NCBI GenBank assembly: GCA_051362555.1
Contig: CM120640.1
Location: forward strand, 7,192,001-7,256,000
From: Lingula anatina
Lineage: Eukaryota; Animalia; Brachiopoda
Reading direction: 5' to 3'
DNA length: 64,000 nucleotides
Shown: one piece after another, positions 34,837-54,337 of the stretch
Layout of the letters: every line of letters starts with the position of its first letter
Position numbering within the stretch: position 1 is the stretch's first letter
Position numbers and translations under genes: made by a program
The notes under the pieces: generated by a model
Told to the model about the DNA's origin: nothing
The model's input: only the letters and a program-made list of their open reading frames with translations
Databases searched by the model: none

Positions 34837-37505
34837 ATGGCAGTGCGAGGTCGACGCCGCCAACAGTTCTTGAGATTAAATGGAGACTGGGAGGTTTTCT
34901 GCTGGTCAGTGGCTGGACTGGAGACCTCGTTTGTGGTCAGGAAAGATGACTTGAAGCTGGCATTTGACATGGGATACGCCTCAAGACCTGCTGTTAGTTG
35001 TCAGCATGTCTTCATATCGTAAGCACTACACTTATCTCAGTAGCAGACTAGTACTACTAATACTGAGTATACCCAGTATGTTTGCATTATTTTTGGACAT
35101 TCGTTAATGATGATGGGACTAGTAAACGCAAAATCTACTCATTTTACATTTTGAATGTAACAAAAATGGTAGAGGGTTAACAACAGAAAAACTCGGACGG
35201 ACAAAGTAGTCGTACTTTTGTATATTAATTCACTGAAATGCTTACTTTATGTGGGAATTATAGACTTTATAAGCTTGTATAATTACAGTAAATAGCAGTG
35301 TAGCATTCCTATTTACAATTTCAATTTTTACTCAGTGACAGTATGAAATACAAATAAGATTATTTGATTGTTCATTCCAGGACTTCATTAATTTGTGCAG
35401 TTTTAACCATGAAGTGTCTTGTATAATATCTTATTCAGTGGTTTGTTGTTTTATATTATGTACTTGGTTTCTCATTTTCAAGGCATGGACACATTGATCA
35501 TATAGGAGGTGTCCCCTCACATGTACGTAAAAGACTAATGAGTCATGCTAAGCCATCTACATACTATATGCCAGAGCACCTTGTGCAAACTACCAAACAA
35601 TCTTTAGAGATAGCTGCAGTACAGAGTGAAACTGCAGAACTAGCCACTCATGCTTACCTGAAGCCTGTTGGCCCAGGGGAATCCATACAGGTAATAACAA
35701 TCCATCAGTAAGGTATAGTTATTACTAACATAACTTAACAGAATCATTGTTTGTGCCATTTGTTTTATAGGTTCGGGCATATAGTGTGTGTAACTGTTAA
35801 TGAATAGAAAAAAGTACAAAATAATACTATGAAAGTTTTTTTGTGGTCTCTATAAAGGATGATAAAATACATTTTTTCTTTGAAAAAATTAAATAAAATG
35901 GGCTCAGCAATAAAGCTTCAAATACAATTAACTTTGTACACATCGCTCAGATTCTTCTAATTAAAGTATCAGGCTGATGTATATAACAGCATTGAACACA
36001 ATGGTTGTGACATTGTATGCACACCTAACACAGCCAATGCCCTGTGGCCAACTTGCATTGATTCAGCAATTCTCTTCAAGTTATGATCCTAGAACAATCA
36101 GTTTGAGTTGCATGCCCCACTCTTTTCTACTACAACCAAAATCTATGTTCAATTGTTGTCATAAAATGCTCAGTTACAAGTCTCAGGTGTGTCCTGCACT
36201 GAGTTTTATTACAGCTGCAATGACAACTCGGATTACTATGAATTATAATGTAGTGTAATTTCCCAAACATTTACATCCCCAGTAGAAGTGCAGCTTAGGA
36301 ACACAGGTGTCTTCAATACAGCAGGTCATATTAACCTGTACAAAAAGGAAAGTCTTCATGAAAATCACAGACTTTTCAAGTTTTTTTACATTCCTCAGAA
36401 TTTCCAACTCCCACACATGGTGTTGAACATGGTATTTGTTCCAATTTACATACACAGCATCAAACTAACCGCATGTAACTTCAAACAACACGTGTGCAGA
36501 CACAGCAGTTTAGTCTTAGTTTAGAGCAAGCCTGAAAAAGTAGATGTGCATGACATTTTGTAATTAAAGTGGTATACCTGAGGGCTTTTTATTTTTTAGG
36601 GAAAGAGGATATGACGTAGAAAAGGATGCCCCCCTCCATCGTGTATCATTTCTTAAAGCTTAAAATATAATGATCATTATTCCCCATGGAATCAAATAAT
36701 TGAAATATGAGGTTCTTTAAGTGTGAATTTACACAGATAATTCTTTTTAGCTTCCTGCTGCTTATGTAGCAGTCCCGTTCCCTACAGTCCATGCAGTAAC
36801 AAGTCAGGGGTACATCATTTATAAGCAGCACAAGAAGTTAAAAGAAGAGTTCCAAGGTATGGAATCTCAAGAAATAGCCTCATTGAAAAAACAAGGAGTG
36901 GAAATAGTGGATGAAGAACTGGTGCCAGAGATTGCTTTCACAGGTACCTAACCAGTTTATAGAACAAGAGTTGTTTATCTTATTATAAAAATTATAACAT
37001 TAATATGCACTTAAAGATTGAGTGGTATAATGCAGTCATTTTATGCTCACTTTTGAAACTTAATTCAATTTGGCAGATAAAGATGAACACTGTGAAGATA
37101 AATGCACCTTGCAATTTCTCAAGAATGCTTTTACATACACAATTTTTAACACTAAACTTGCATTTAATAATAGGAGATACAACCTTTGAGATATTTGAGA
37201 AACTGGCTCATCCAGACTTACTGAAAGTTAAAGTGCTCATCCTGGAAGCTACATACATTGACAAGGATGTTGATAAGCAAGGGAAGACCAGCCGGACTAA
37301 GGCCAGGGAGAGAGGGCATGTACATTTACAGGAGCTGATTGACAATGCAGAGTTGTTTAAAGATGTAGGGTCTATATACTTAATGCACTTTTCTGACAAA
37401 TATTCCTCTGGATATATTTGGAGAACTGTTAAAAAGGTTTCTTTACCAGCCCCTCTCAAGGGAAAACTTTATGTTGGAAATATGGTTCATGATCTAGGCT
37501 TTTGA
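34837..37505 (+). CDS. Short-form tRNase Z (metallo-beta-lactamase), TM-type/TRZ1-like, 304 aa
   Basis: Exons 34837-35018, 35483-35690, 36751-36943, 37174-37505 (915 nt). Motifs WSVAGLETS, AFDMG, FISHGHIDHIGG (HxHxDH), TVHAVTSQGY, KKLKEEFQG..EIASLKKQG, IAFTGDT, ILEATY, GHVH, LMHFSDKY. An upstream in-frame ATG at 34771 is also possible. Confidence 0.88.
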
Positions 37506-38171
37506 TAACCATAAAGTAACAATTTGCACATTTTTCAGAATATAATTGGGATACAGTATATTATGGGCAATAATAGCAATAAAACCTGGGTGCATGATGA
37601 TGTATCAAAAAGTCCTTTCAGAAATTTAATTGGTCTATAACATTGTAATTTACATCAAATAGAGCAATGAATGTAGAACTCACTGTACATACCCAACGTA
37701 TTAACACCAAGTATACATAATGATGTAGCCTTTTCATTAAAGACAGAAAAACTAAAGCAGATGTAATATTTGTTTCTTTGTGATCCCATATTTCATAGCA
37801 CTCATTCTTCCACAAATTGCATGATGAATTATATTTAAAAAAAATTCCATAACAGTATATCCCGATTTAAGTGTCAATGTCAAAACAAATTTTAAGCAAT
37901 TTGAATCTGATTCATTACTTGTGAAGTCACATGAGCCCCAAAGGACATCCATGACATAACTAATTGGAATATACTGTGACACATTAAAATATAATCCATT
38001 TTAAAAACTTTTTTTACAACTAACTTTAAAACCAATTTACCCTTAAACAATGTTCCACTTACTTATACATTAAGTAAAATGATGTGTCACACGATCTACC
38101 ACTACCAGGTATAGGAATGGCTATGTGTATTTGTCATTACTTTAAAAATTGGGGCAAGATATGAAATAAAA

Positions 38172-41100
38172 TCAAAAATCATCATCTTCATAATCCTCAA
38201 AATAATCCTCCTGAGAAACCTCTATGGTCAATGAAGGCTCAGAATCTATAAAATGTTTATCTTGTCGTCTATTCTTTAGTTTATTTCTCAGATCACTTCC
38301 TCCAACTGCAGTGCCAATTCTATCCGTGATACCAATTCTGTCTCTGAGCCCAATTCTGTCTGTTATTTTATCAGTATTTTGAATCCCTGATTTTCTCGCC
38401 TTTATTCTGTCCCGTGCATCTGTGATATTTGATGACAACCTAGTCTTCCTGAGGAACAAATAAAAATTTAACTATACTACACAACAAAGCTTTAATACTC
38501 ATTTTGGCCATACAAAATCTTCAATGAACAATGGATTACATACCATTCAGCAGCTATAGGCCTAAGATAACAGAAAATACCATGATTACCTGTATATGCT
38601 GAATTTTAAATCAAACTGAGCTTGATATGTACCAAACAGAACTTGGCAAATAAAGCAAAATGCTTGAGAGGACAAGTATATTCCACTGAGTACAGTTGGC
38701 ACCAGGTGAAGGTGCTCAAAATGCATGATTTTTAGCTAATTCACTGTAAAGTAAATTTTCTTAAGTTCATTTATAATGATCTAAACTTCAGGACAGTTCT
38801 GAAATGTGTTAATTGGACATTTGTTATCATTGAAAACTCTGCTAGAATTCCTATCCTACTTACTCTTTAGCTGACATTTGTTCTTCCAAGTCGTCTGCAT
38901 ACATTCTCATGCTTCGTTTCTTTGGTGGTGCAAGTAATCTCTCAAGTTCTTCATCACTGACATTTTCCTCTTCCTCTATGACTTGTCCGTCCCCATCTCC
39001 TTCCTCACCCATTGTTTTTCTATGAGTATAGGAGATAACATCCTGGCCTCTAGCATCTCCACCACCTGCCCATATGTCTCTTTTGTTTTTTAATCCTAAA
39101 TCTAATGAAAATAAAAGAAAAGATTATTTTCATGTGATGAACCTAAGTTTAAAATGTAACAATGAATGCTTTTCCAGTATTGCTATACGTGAATTGAATT
39201 AATGCACTGAATGATATTGAACACTGATATAGGACTATATTTCACTCTAATCTGGTGCTTACAAACTCACTTTAGGTCAAACAGTGCAGGAGAAATATAG
39301 AATAGTAGCACCTGCTTTTAAGAAACACACTGTTCTATAGCAATCTTATAAAACAATGCACTGCTCTGTCATCTTTTGATAATACTAGGTCTGCTATCTT
39401 AATAACTTGATATTTCTAGTAAGATGAGTAAAGATCACCTTTTCTATCCATGTGTGGTCTCTCTATTTTTCTTATATCATCACCATCACCAAACAACATG
39501 TCAAATAGTGCTTCATCCTCCATGCTTTCCTGTGGTTTATCACCTTTTGACAATGTTTGTAGAGATTGCCTTACTTCATTGATTTCCTCCCTTCTTTGTT
39601 CTGTTCTCAGTTTGCGTTTCCTGTAGAAAAAAAAAAGAACCAGTTTATATGTAAGAGAAAGATACGCCAAAATAAATAAGTAAAATGGAATCCATATGAT
39701 CCTATATGATCCTATTAGCAATAATATATTCCTGGATATTCCACTTCAAAATCATTGACAGCAGCCTTACAAATAGGCATATTTTACACCAGTATTTACC
39801 ACAGTGCAGACTGAATGCTGCAAAACATGCTTACGTCCGGTATGTAAAAACTATGACATATTGACAAATCTGTATGAATAGTATAAAAGCAGAACCTGGA
39901 ATTACTGAGAAGACCTCTTGCTCCACCATAATTTGGATTGCCATACTTCACATAGTACTTGCTCTTTCTCTCAGCCCCTGGGAGCTTTTTGTCAGCTGAA
40001 TGGTAAGAATATGAACGTATCATGTAGTTTTGCAATAACAATGTTGCTTTAGTTATTGTGAAATAGTTCACTAGGTTACACCCGCACTAAAACTGTAAGG
40101 CAAGAACATTTTTATAAATTTCCAAAAATTGAAAACTTGTACAAGGATTTTCTGTTACACTTGATATTTAATGCCCACCTTTAGTTGCATATCTCAAATA
40201 CAAACACTTGGCTTTGGGACACAATTCTCCTATCCTCCATTTTCCTGGTGGAAGACGAATGCTTTTGAAGTGTGGGTATTTGTCTAAAAGGCGTTTCCTT
40301 TCTCCAGGAGTCATTTTGTTTAATGCATCTTCATATTTACTGCTGTCTTCTTTCTCTGATTCATTTTCTCCTAGCGGTGCTTCATTTTCTTTGGTTTCTT
40401 GTTCATCTTGAGTGGATTCATTTGCTGTCTAAAAAAAATGCACAATGTTCTTCATAATGCTTCTAAATACACAATAATTGAAAATCTTTTTTGCAATTTT
40501 TTAAATTTCATATGAATATCATTTTATCAAATCATAACTCATTACATATATTTAATACCTCAACTTCCATCTTTTCTTCTTTGTCCTTGTCATTCTCTTC
40601 ATCACTACTTTCAAGATCAAGATTATCATCTTCATCTTCATCAATTATCTTCTGTGCTTCTTTTTCTAAAAGAGGTCATCATCACAAGTTACTTAAAGGA
40701 CAGTGAGTAAAATTTAACTATACACATTTGTTATGTATTGAACTCAGTACTATCCTTAACAGAGTATATTAAAAAAAAACTTGCTTCAAACAACTTTTAC
40801 TGCTCACTTTAAGGAAATGGTGCTCAAACAAAAACAAGATAACGAATGCCTACACATACCTTTTTCAGCAAATTTTGATTCAACCTTGTGCATTTTCCCT
40901 TCTTTGTTAGGGTTTTGAATTTCATACAACTTTTGAAAGTCTTCATAACAAATGCTGAGATGGGCCATAGCTCTTGCTGCTGTTACTGGATCCTGCCATA
41001 CCACATTGCCTACAGTAAATTAGTCATAAAGATACAAAAAACTCTATTTAAAAGAAACACCTGCATTAATGAACAAGAGATCTCACCAATTTATAAATCA

Positions 41101-42915
41101 TAATTCAAAAGGCATATCCAGACTGAGATCCAGAAATGATTTTAAGGACAAGGGTGCTTAGTAACAGCTTGTACAGTGGTATGTTGCATAAAAAAAAATT
41201 AACAGCAGTTATTAATGAAGTGCCTTAATAGAAAAACCATCAACCATATATTTGTTTAAGAGAGGAGTTATTGCAAAACAAAGCATATTAGAGCATCACA
41301 TTTCCTATTCACATGATTAGTTATCATGAGGTTACTATGGCCAACTTACAGGAAGCATCATCGATCCATTCTATGAACCCTGGTCCATACTGTTGAAAAT
41401 ACTTGAAAATGTCTTGTGTATTGAGCTCATTTACTCCTCTCAAGTGAACTGCATCTGGTCTGATCCCTCGTTCTCCTTTGGTTAAGGATTCTTCAGTTAA
41501 GCCTAAACTAAAAACCAAAGAGGAAAATGTATTGATTTTAATATATCTGTTTCTGTGAAAGAACATTTTTATGAGATGAATGAAGTTTTTAGCAACCAAT
41601 ATTATATTTAATCTTAATATCCATTTTTTGAAGATTTGTATAAGTCAATATCATAGTAAGAAAAGAGTTATCAGAATTCACTCTTCTACACTCGCCATTG
41701 ACAAAATGAAAAAAATAATCAAAATCTAGAAAATATGTAATGATCACTTTTTCTCTTTGTCAAATATTTCCACATTTTTGGTTTATATTTTGAATAAGAT
41801 ATAACTATCTTGCAGTTGGACTTTATCCGAAATTTTAACTTGGAAATCCATAATCCCTTTCTGCTAATTTACCTTTTATACAATGCCTGAAGGTCAAGCT
41901 TTTCAAGGGCAGGGGTGTCTGAAATTCCAAACCTCTTTGCTCTTTCCACTTTCTTCTGCTGAAACTCCTTAGGTGAAAAATATGAAGACATAAAATATAT
42001 ATATAAATAATTTTGTTGTACATAATTATCACTTCTCATATTTCTTCATTTATTTGAATTTTATAGTTTTTCAGCTTCTGCAACATGTTATTAAGTAATG
42101 AAATTTATTCAAAAAAGTTGAGTACATCCAAAAATTAAATTTATCATAAATCAAAAAAAAAAAATGATAATAATAAAATGAATATATATGAAAATCAAAA
42201 TCAATAAAATGAACACCCAGGCCTTTATTAAAAAGAAAACAAATAATGATTTCCCAACTAAAAAAGTTCAAAAGGCCCGATTTGGGCACAGCAGTGTCAG
42301 GAGAACTTATCTTAAAAATATATAGCGTCATTGAGTTGGAAGATACACTAACCGGTGATGTTATGTCCATTCCTGTTACAAAAGGGCCTGCCTTATTCTC
42401 ATACTTCCTCGGCTCCTAAAAAAGGACAGATGAATTCTATTAACAATGCCATTGTCATCATAACAAAATAAATAAGTAAGTAATAGAGAAAGGAAAACTT
42501 AAATAATAAAAGAGCTAACAAAATTGTGTCATTAAATTTAATACATTTATCCATCCTTTTTAATAGTGATGAATGCCCAAACACAATAGCGCGCACGCAG
42601 TGTAACAGACGCACACACACAATCCGACTTGTATATGGTCCACAGCTGATTAATTCCACATAAAATAAACAAAATAATAGACACAAACATAACAATGACT
42701 TCAATAAATAAACTTGCCCCGAAAGCTTGAGTACCAACGTTTCCAAGTGAAACGTTGACTTCTACATCTTCTTTATCATTCTCTAACTCCCCTTCTTCAA
42801 GGTTCTCTACTGTGTCCACGTCAGCATCGATTTCTATATTCCCATCGTCACTGATAGTGTCAGTGTTGTCTATACAAATCTTCAAGTTAGGCAGCTCTTC
42901 TCCCAAAGCAGCCAT
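38172..42915 (-). CDS. NCBP3: Nuclear cap-binding protein subunit 3 (C17orf85), ~605 aa
   Basis: Exons 42915-42718 (donor uncertain), 42415-42353, 41967-41873, 41507-41350, 41009-40860, 40665-40559, 40428-40179, 39995-39896, 39620-39439, 39101-38864, 38448-38172. Motifs RKYENKAGPFVTGMDITS, ERAKRFG, RGVNELNTQDIFKYF..IEWIDDASCNVVW, SKYYVKYGNPNYGG, MRMYADDLE. Confidence 0.92.
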
Positions 42916-43368
42916 TTTCAAACTGTAGTGCCGCACTCTTTGCATGTGTTAGTTTTTACTGGCTGTATTTAGAATTACTCTAAAATAAAGATTAAGACAC
43001 GGAAACAAAAAACAACAAATAAATAGTGTATTAGTATATCCAATTCAATTTCTTCAAGGAGAAACAAAGAATGTATGCATAATCAACCAAAAATAAGCAA
43101 ATGGAGCAAAATTAGATTATTTTGTTCAAGCTAAACATTTGTGTTGTATACATGTTCTTTGGTATAAATGTACCCCTTGTACATCCTGGTTGAACTCCAC
43201 GACACGCAAGACAGTGATCACGGCTGTTAAAGTTTTAACAATCGACTGATAATATCAATACGGTCGTTGCGCACATGTTAATTTTCTCAATTTTAGAAGA
43301 GAGCGTCGATCCTGTTAACAATCGTGACTGTTAATTAAACTTTCCATTGATGATCATAGATTGAGGAC
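42916..43368. promoter_or_regulatory. Putative bidirectional promoter NCBP3/VMP1
   Basis: Divergent start codons 453 bp apart; CpG enrichment around both first exons. Confidence 0.55.
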
Positions 43369-48334
<4,966 letters not shown>

Positions 48335-49654
48335 AATGCCACTCATTTATACTATATTTTTCTGTTCCCTATCTGCAAACTAACTTTATAATTAACCTCA
48401 GTTGGTTTCTTGATACATCTAAAGTAACCAACTGTCACAACAGTATAGTTAGACGTCTCTATCAGTACTTTTTACCTTTGGCCACACACCATATAACTTG
48501 ATGTACATGTGTAAAGGAGTAACAGGGTTACCTAAGACATTGGTGCAAGTTAACTTGTTAAGTGGTAATTTAAATATGTCAAATTGTAGAGTTGTAGTGA
48601 ACATATTCAGATTTATTGTTGTAGAAGTTTCTTATACAAAGTGCTTTAGTTGCTCATGGAAATTATTGTGTATCAAAGTACATATAAAATGCAGATTTTT
48701 TTTTTGGCAGATATAGAGCTCGAGATTGAAAAAAAATTCACATAATGTCATGACCAATTTTGTATTTAGGTACACGAAGAGCTGGGTTTAACATTTGCCC
48801 CTTTGGCATGAATGTTCAATTGTTGTGTTTAGCTTTTTTCATTTGTATATTTCAAGACAACATTCCCCATTTCCCTGTGTTTTATTTCTTCATATATTTG
48901 AATACTGTAGAAAAATACTTTAAAGAAATCATTATATTAAATTCAATGGAAAAAGAAATTTTCTTTCTAATAAATGTACATAAACTTTTGTAAACGAGGG
49001 TTTCACAACAATTAAGGTGACAGGATTTAAAATCAAACTTTTGATGGCGTACAAACCATTTGTACAGAGCATAAAGTGTAATTTAAAAATAAAAGTGCAG
49101 TGGAAGAAAATTCAATCAAATTGTTATTTACCAGCATGATGGTCTTGTTGTCTATTGTGATAGAGAAGGGGCTTATAATAAACATAAGACATGTCATGTA
49201 ACCATGTTGCATATCATTGTTTGCTCTTGGAGTTATCAACCTTTGATACCTAATTCCTTGCTATTAATGATATCCTATACAATACAATACAATAAAGTTT
49301 ATTTCATGTTGGAAAGAATGGAAGTACAAACATTAGCTGAGTAGCTATCCACCTATATAATTCCCACTGAACCCTTAATCATTGTAGAATAGACAATACA
49401 TTAAAAATGCTTTTCATACCCCATTACCATCAAATTACAGTACATGTACATCATTAATATAGACAAATCTTCTGAACCTTGAACCAATTATGTCAATGTT
49501 GATGTAATATATATAGTTTGATACTGTAAAGTGCATTGTAAAACTAAATATAATTCCTTAAAACCATAACTAGAAGACAATATGAATGCACTTTTGATAA
49601 AATTCTTTCATTCATTCCCCACTCTTGGGTTGAATCCATCATCATCAGCAGCAC

Positions 49655-49697
49655 AACCACCACCACCACCACCACCACCACCACAACAACAACAACA
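49655..49697. repeat. (CAC)n(AAC)n trinucleotide microsatellite
   Basis: ACC/CAC run followed by an AAC run upstream of GLTP. Confidence 0.9.
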
Positions 49698-49870
49698 TTA
49701 ATAAAAATAATAGTAGTATGATAATAATAATTTAAATAATAGTAATCATAATAACAAATAATAATAATGGGAAAATAATTTAGAAACTGAAAAGGGGTCA
49801 TCTGTGCGGACAACATAAATTTGGTGCGGAGTTGCTATTTGTCCTTCCGGTAAAGACAACTTCAGGGGAA

Positions 49871-52228
49871 ATGACATTCTTCAGCAATTTTAAACCGCCG
49901 TTTCCTCAAATTCCAGATGATGGTTTAGTAGAAACAGCACCGTTTCTAACATCAGCTAGACAGATCTTACCATTTTTTGGTAAGTTTTATCCTCAGAGTG
50001 ATCGGTGTGTGTGTGGCATTTTTGTGAAGGTGTACTGTGTGATTATGAACAGCTGCTTACCTGCGTGGTGATGAGAAAAAATCATTTTATGGTATGACGT
50101 TAATTTTAGAGAAATACCGTTTAAGATTGGTTTTGACGAAAATGTAATTTTGTTGACATAAATGTGTTAAAATGGAAAAGTAAATGTTGTTTTTCAGTCA
50201 TTCCTTTTAAATATCTGTGCAATGTTCAAACACAGGGAAGGGATTGAAAACATTAGTGGACCTGGTCAGGACCAGTTGGGCTAATTTACATTTTTTTTCT
50301 GGTCCTCCTGTCATTCAAATGGTTCTGGAGGATTCACACAAGTGAAAACTAAACAATGCCAATGGTATTTACGCTGTAAAAGGGTAACAATATGTACAAC
50401 TTTCATCAGAAGAATGTATTATATATGTGGTTTTACTCTCATTTATAACAAAGTACAGTACAATCTAAATATATATACTTATCTTATTTTGGCATGAAAA
50501 ATGTAAGGGTTATAAAATTATCATAAAGGATGCCTGTGGATGTTCTATTTATTGCAGCTTATGAATTATAACAAATAAAAAGATTGATAAAAGGACTGAT
50601 TAAATGACCACAAACAATCAGCTTCATTAAAATAAAGGAATAGGCAGAGTATAGTAATTGGTATGATAGTTAAGAGTTTTTCAAGCTGAATAATTCAAAG
50701 TTATTTTCATTTTACAACACTGAGTTATAAAAACAAGCCTAAAGGAAAATATATTGTCCTGTTTTATTGTGGCCACATAGTTGGATAAATTTGAAACAAC
50801 TTTTTAATTTTTCAGATGCAATGGGAACACCATTCAAACCAGTGAAATTGGACATAGAAGGAAATGTAATAGTAAGTTGTTATGATACATTGATTCATTT
50901 CAAGGAAAAATTGTTGTGTTAGTAATTTAAACATTGAAATTTAATAAGAATTGAGTTTCTTTGGCATAGCGAACAAGTTGTTCTGATATTGTAATTAATT
51001 TTTTTAGAAACTAGAGAAAAAATATGCACAAAATCCAGACAGATTTAGGACACTTTATGGCATGTTGGAACAAGAAATTCAAACAAAAACAACACAGGCT
51101 AAAGAATCAGCATCCACAGCTTTGTTGTGGTTAAAAAGGTAAATTAGTTAATTCTCCTTCTCCTGACCAGTAAACAATGTTTTTGTACATTACTGGATCT
51201 TTAGAGTTATCGGTTGTTGATTTCCCATTTCTAAAGTCAGTGTCTGAATGAATGAAAGAATGGATGAATTAATTTCAATTTGGATGTAAAGGTCTGTACC
51301 TAATGCCAAATGCTGCATTTGTACGTCGCAGTAGAGCTTGAGCCAGAGCCCAAAATATGTGGATTTCTTGTTTAATAGCCGTATTTGCTTTTCTCTGCAG
51401 GATGAACATTTTTTTGTATATTTTAGGGCCCTTCAATACACATATACCATGCTGAAACTGGTCCATGATGATCCCACCAAGTCTGAGAATATGGTGTCCA
51501 TATTTAAACAGGCATATGAACAAACACTAAAACGATATCACAACTGGTTTGTGATGAAATTGTTTACGGTATGTAATTGCATCTCATTTTTTACACACTT
51601 ACAATAAAAAAAAACTAAATGCAGTGTTTATAAGAGGGACAAGGTAGATAATGATTATTGCGTAGTTATATTTGGGTTTAAACAATATCAATAAACATCT
51701 TAAGGAAAAACAGACTTTACTGTTTGTTCATTTTAGTTTTGCTTTGCTTTTCAATAGTAAATCTGTGCTCTAGACAATAAAGATTTTGCTTTAAAAATTG
51801 TGAAAACATATTTGCAGGTTATGTGCCATGCAATTCCATACAGAAAAGATTTAATTAAATCAGGCTTCTGTTATGGCAAGGATATGAATGAAGAGCAGGT
51901 AGTGTGGAAATCAGAATAAACAGAATAATACATTTTTCAAACTCTGTTTCTCGTTCTTCACAAGAAAACACATGGTAATTACATTAGACAAATGCCAGGC
52001 TATTTAAAATAAATTTCTGTTTGTGGCATAGACCTGTAAATTTTTTATTGCAATCATAGTATGGATAACTTAAACTGTAAAGATGCTTAGCTGATGTTTT
52101 AAATCAAGCATTTTCTCTTTCAGGTCATGACTGATTTAGATGAATTTTTGAGGACTCTTGCTCCTGTACTTGACAATATTGATGCAATGCTGAAGAGATT
52201 AAACTTAGACTCGAATGAAAAAGTATAA
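49871..52228 (+). CDS. GLTP: Glycolipid transfer protein (GLTP-domain protein), 207 aa
   Basis: Exons 49871-49979, 50816-50871, 51008-51138, 51427-51568, 51818-51898, 52124-52228 (624 nt). PFFD, FKPVKLDIEGNVIKL, ALLWLKRAL, AYEQTLKRYHNWFV, PYRKD; the D/N/K/W/H sugar-recognition residues of GLTP are present. Confidence 0.9.
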
Positions 52229-54120
52229 TCTCAAAGATCATTCAGATTAAGGGCAACTATCACCTTCTATACAAGTACTGTGTGAAACAAATAATGGTAT
52301 TTGTATGGGCTTAGCCTTCATTTTCTTTGTCAAAGAGATCTGGATGGTGAGAAAAATAACTTGATGACTATCACTGTGCCAGTTGCGAGGATGCAATTGA
52401 TGTATTGGAGAAGGGGAGTGGAGGCATTCACACATAATGATACAGCTGATAATATGATATGCATTTCACTGGATATGTGGTATATGGGAACATTGCAATT
52501 ACAAAAATCTGTATGTGCACAACCATTATGGATAGGAATTTTCATTAGTTGGGGGGTTTGCTCCTTTTTATGTGTAAAAGAGGGTCTAGAAAGTTGCTAA
52601 GTTACGTCTTATGAGATTGGGGAGGGGGTTCAAGGTAGGGGAGCAATTTTTTATGACGTTTATTTTTATCTGGTACGAACTATGTAAAGAGACATGGCTT
52701 TGTTGTTTAACTTAATTTTTTTTTTTTTCATGCAAATTATGTGACTGAAGAATAATGTGGTTTTCAAATTTACCAAATTTCATGAAGAATTGATAGCTCA
52801 AGCAGAATTCCATCAGTGTATATTTGCCACTCTGGTTAAGTGACAACAGATCCCACTTCTTGAGCCATGCACTGATACATTCTGATAAGTTTTTGAAGCT
52901 GTAAATCAGTTGTAAACAAAATTTTGGCAGGGGATCTTCTGAGGGTATCTTTCAGTGTGTGGATCAGTTGTTGGAGGTATTTTTAAATAAAATCAAGGAT
53001 GAATTTTAAAGAATTTATTTTATACAACTTAGCATTTTCTCCTAGATGTTGCTGAAAACTTTGTAAAAAGGGGAATATGGTAAAATGGTAGTTACTATAT
53101 TATATTTAAAAGGATGAATTTTAACTAATAAATGAATTTACAGGATTTCTATTTGCCATGAAATAATTTTGTCCTGCATGGGATATAAAGTCATACACCT
53201 CACGAAGTGTCTGTAGCAGAAGTAATAAAGGGGATCTTATATTTATTAATATATTTAATTGTACTTAAAATTTGAGGAGTGAGGACATGGTTTAAAATGG
53301 AGTTGTTAGAGCAAAGTGAAGATGTTTAAGCAGAATTGGAATGTGTGCATTTGTGTTAATTTTTTGTTAGATATTACGTATGCTGTCAAGATTTTATTCA
53401 ACATGCTTCCCAGTGCTCATGGTTGGTGCTCTTAGACCTTGTGTTCATTAATTTTAAACTGCATACTTGGAGACCATTAGCTTAAGTGCATATAAACTGC
53501 AGAAGGCTAAATTAAGGATGTGCCTTGCCTAAATTTCAGTTAAATAGTATGTTCTTTTTTTAGTGATATAACCATGTTTAACTTCATGTATGCAAAATAA
53601 TAGACATGTATAAAACATTTCTTTTTATTCAATACTGTAAACATTCCATTAAAATACAATGTGGTATGGTAATTAAAATACAGTCCAACTTCTGAAAAAA
53701 AAATACATTTTTTGTTTTTATTGTTTGGAGGGTTGCCTTGATAGTATGAAATTGTTGTTTATCTGAAGGTCCATCAGTAGGAAATTACATCACTTGCCAA
53801 AAAAAAAAAAGTTTCCACAAGCCATGTTGTTTAAACAAAATGTTTTGGATAATATATCTGACCACTTAACCTTTTTGACCAATCCTTTTAAAAACTATGT
53901 CTTATTTCTTCTCAACTGATAAAGGAGAGCTCAAACTGTCATATCATGTTACTTGTATTTGACGAGTTTTTATAAATGTCATTCATTTCTAAACACAAAT
54001 TGCCACATTCTAGTCAAATCTCTACAGATCCCTGCTAAGTGACCTATTTGGCATCGTTTATCTAACAGCCAGCTATTGTATTTTGTCAGGTTAGTTTTCC
54101 TTCAGGCTTTTATTAATCTT

Positions 54121-54337
54121 AGAGTGCATTCCAAGAGATTTAGATCGATCCATCTGGATCCACCTAACTCCCTGGAGGTTCACGCTAAATTGCATTCAGC
54201 CGAGCGCGCATGACAGTTAATTATCCCCTTACAGCTTTTAGTAGGCGGGACAGACACTTAAGCCGGCTAAGCTGACAGTAATCTAGTGAGACTCCCCACA
54301 GGGATAGATCGATCTAAAATCTGTGGGAATGGGGTCA
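54121..54337. mobile_element. Small diverged MITE-like element
   Basis: Imperfect inverted ends CATTCCAAGAGATTTAGATCGATC ... GATCGATCTAAAATCTGTGGGAATG. Confidence 0.45.

Noticed and set aside
35977-36524. Overlapping 70-93 aa ORFs in tRNase Z intron 2
   Set aside because: No coherent motif or splice frame, and the gene is complete without them; possibly decayed TE sequence.
37503-37620. Selenocysteine readthrough of the tRNase Z TGA, with ATGA...GA in the 3' UTR
   Set aside because: No convincing SECIS stem, and the family is not known as selenoproteins.
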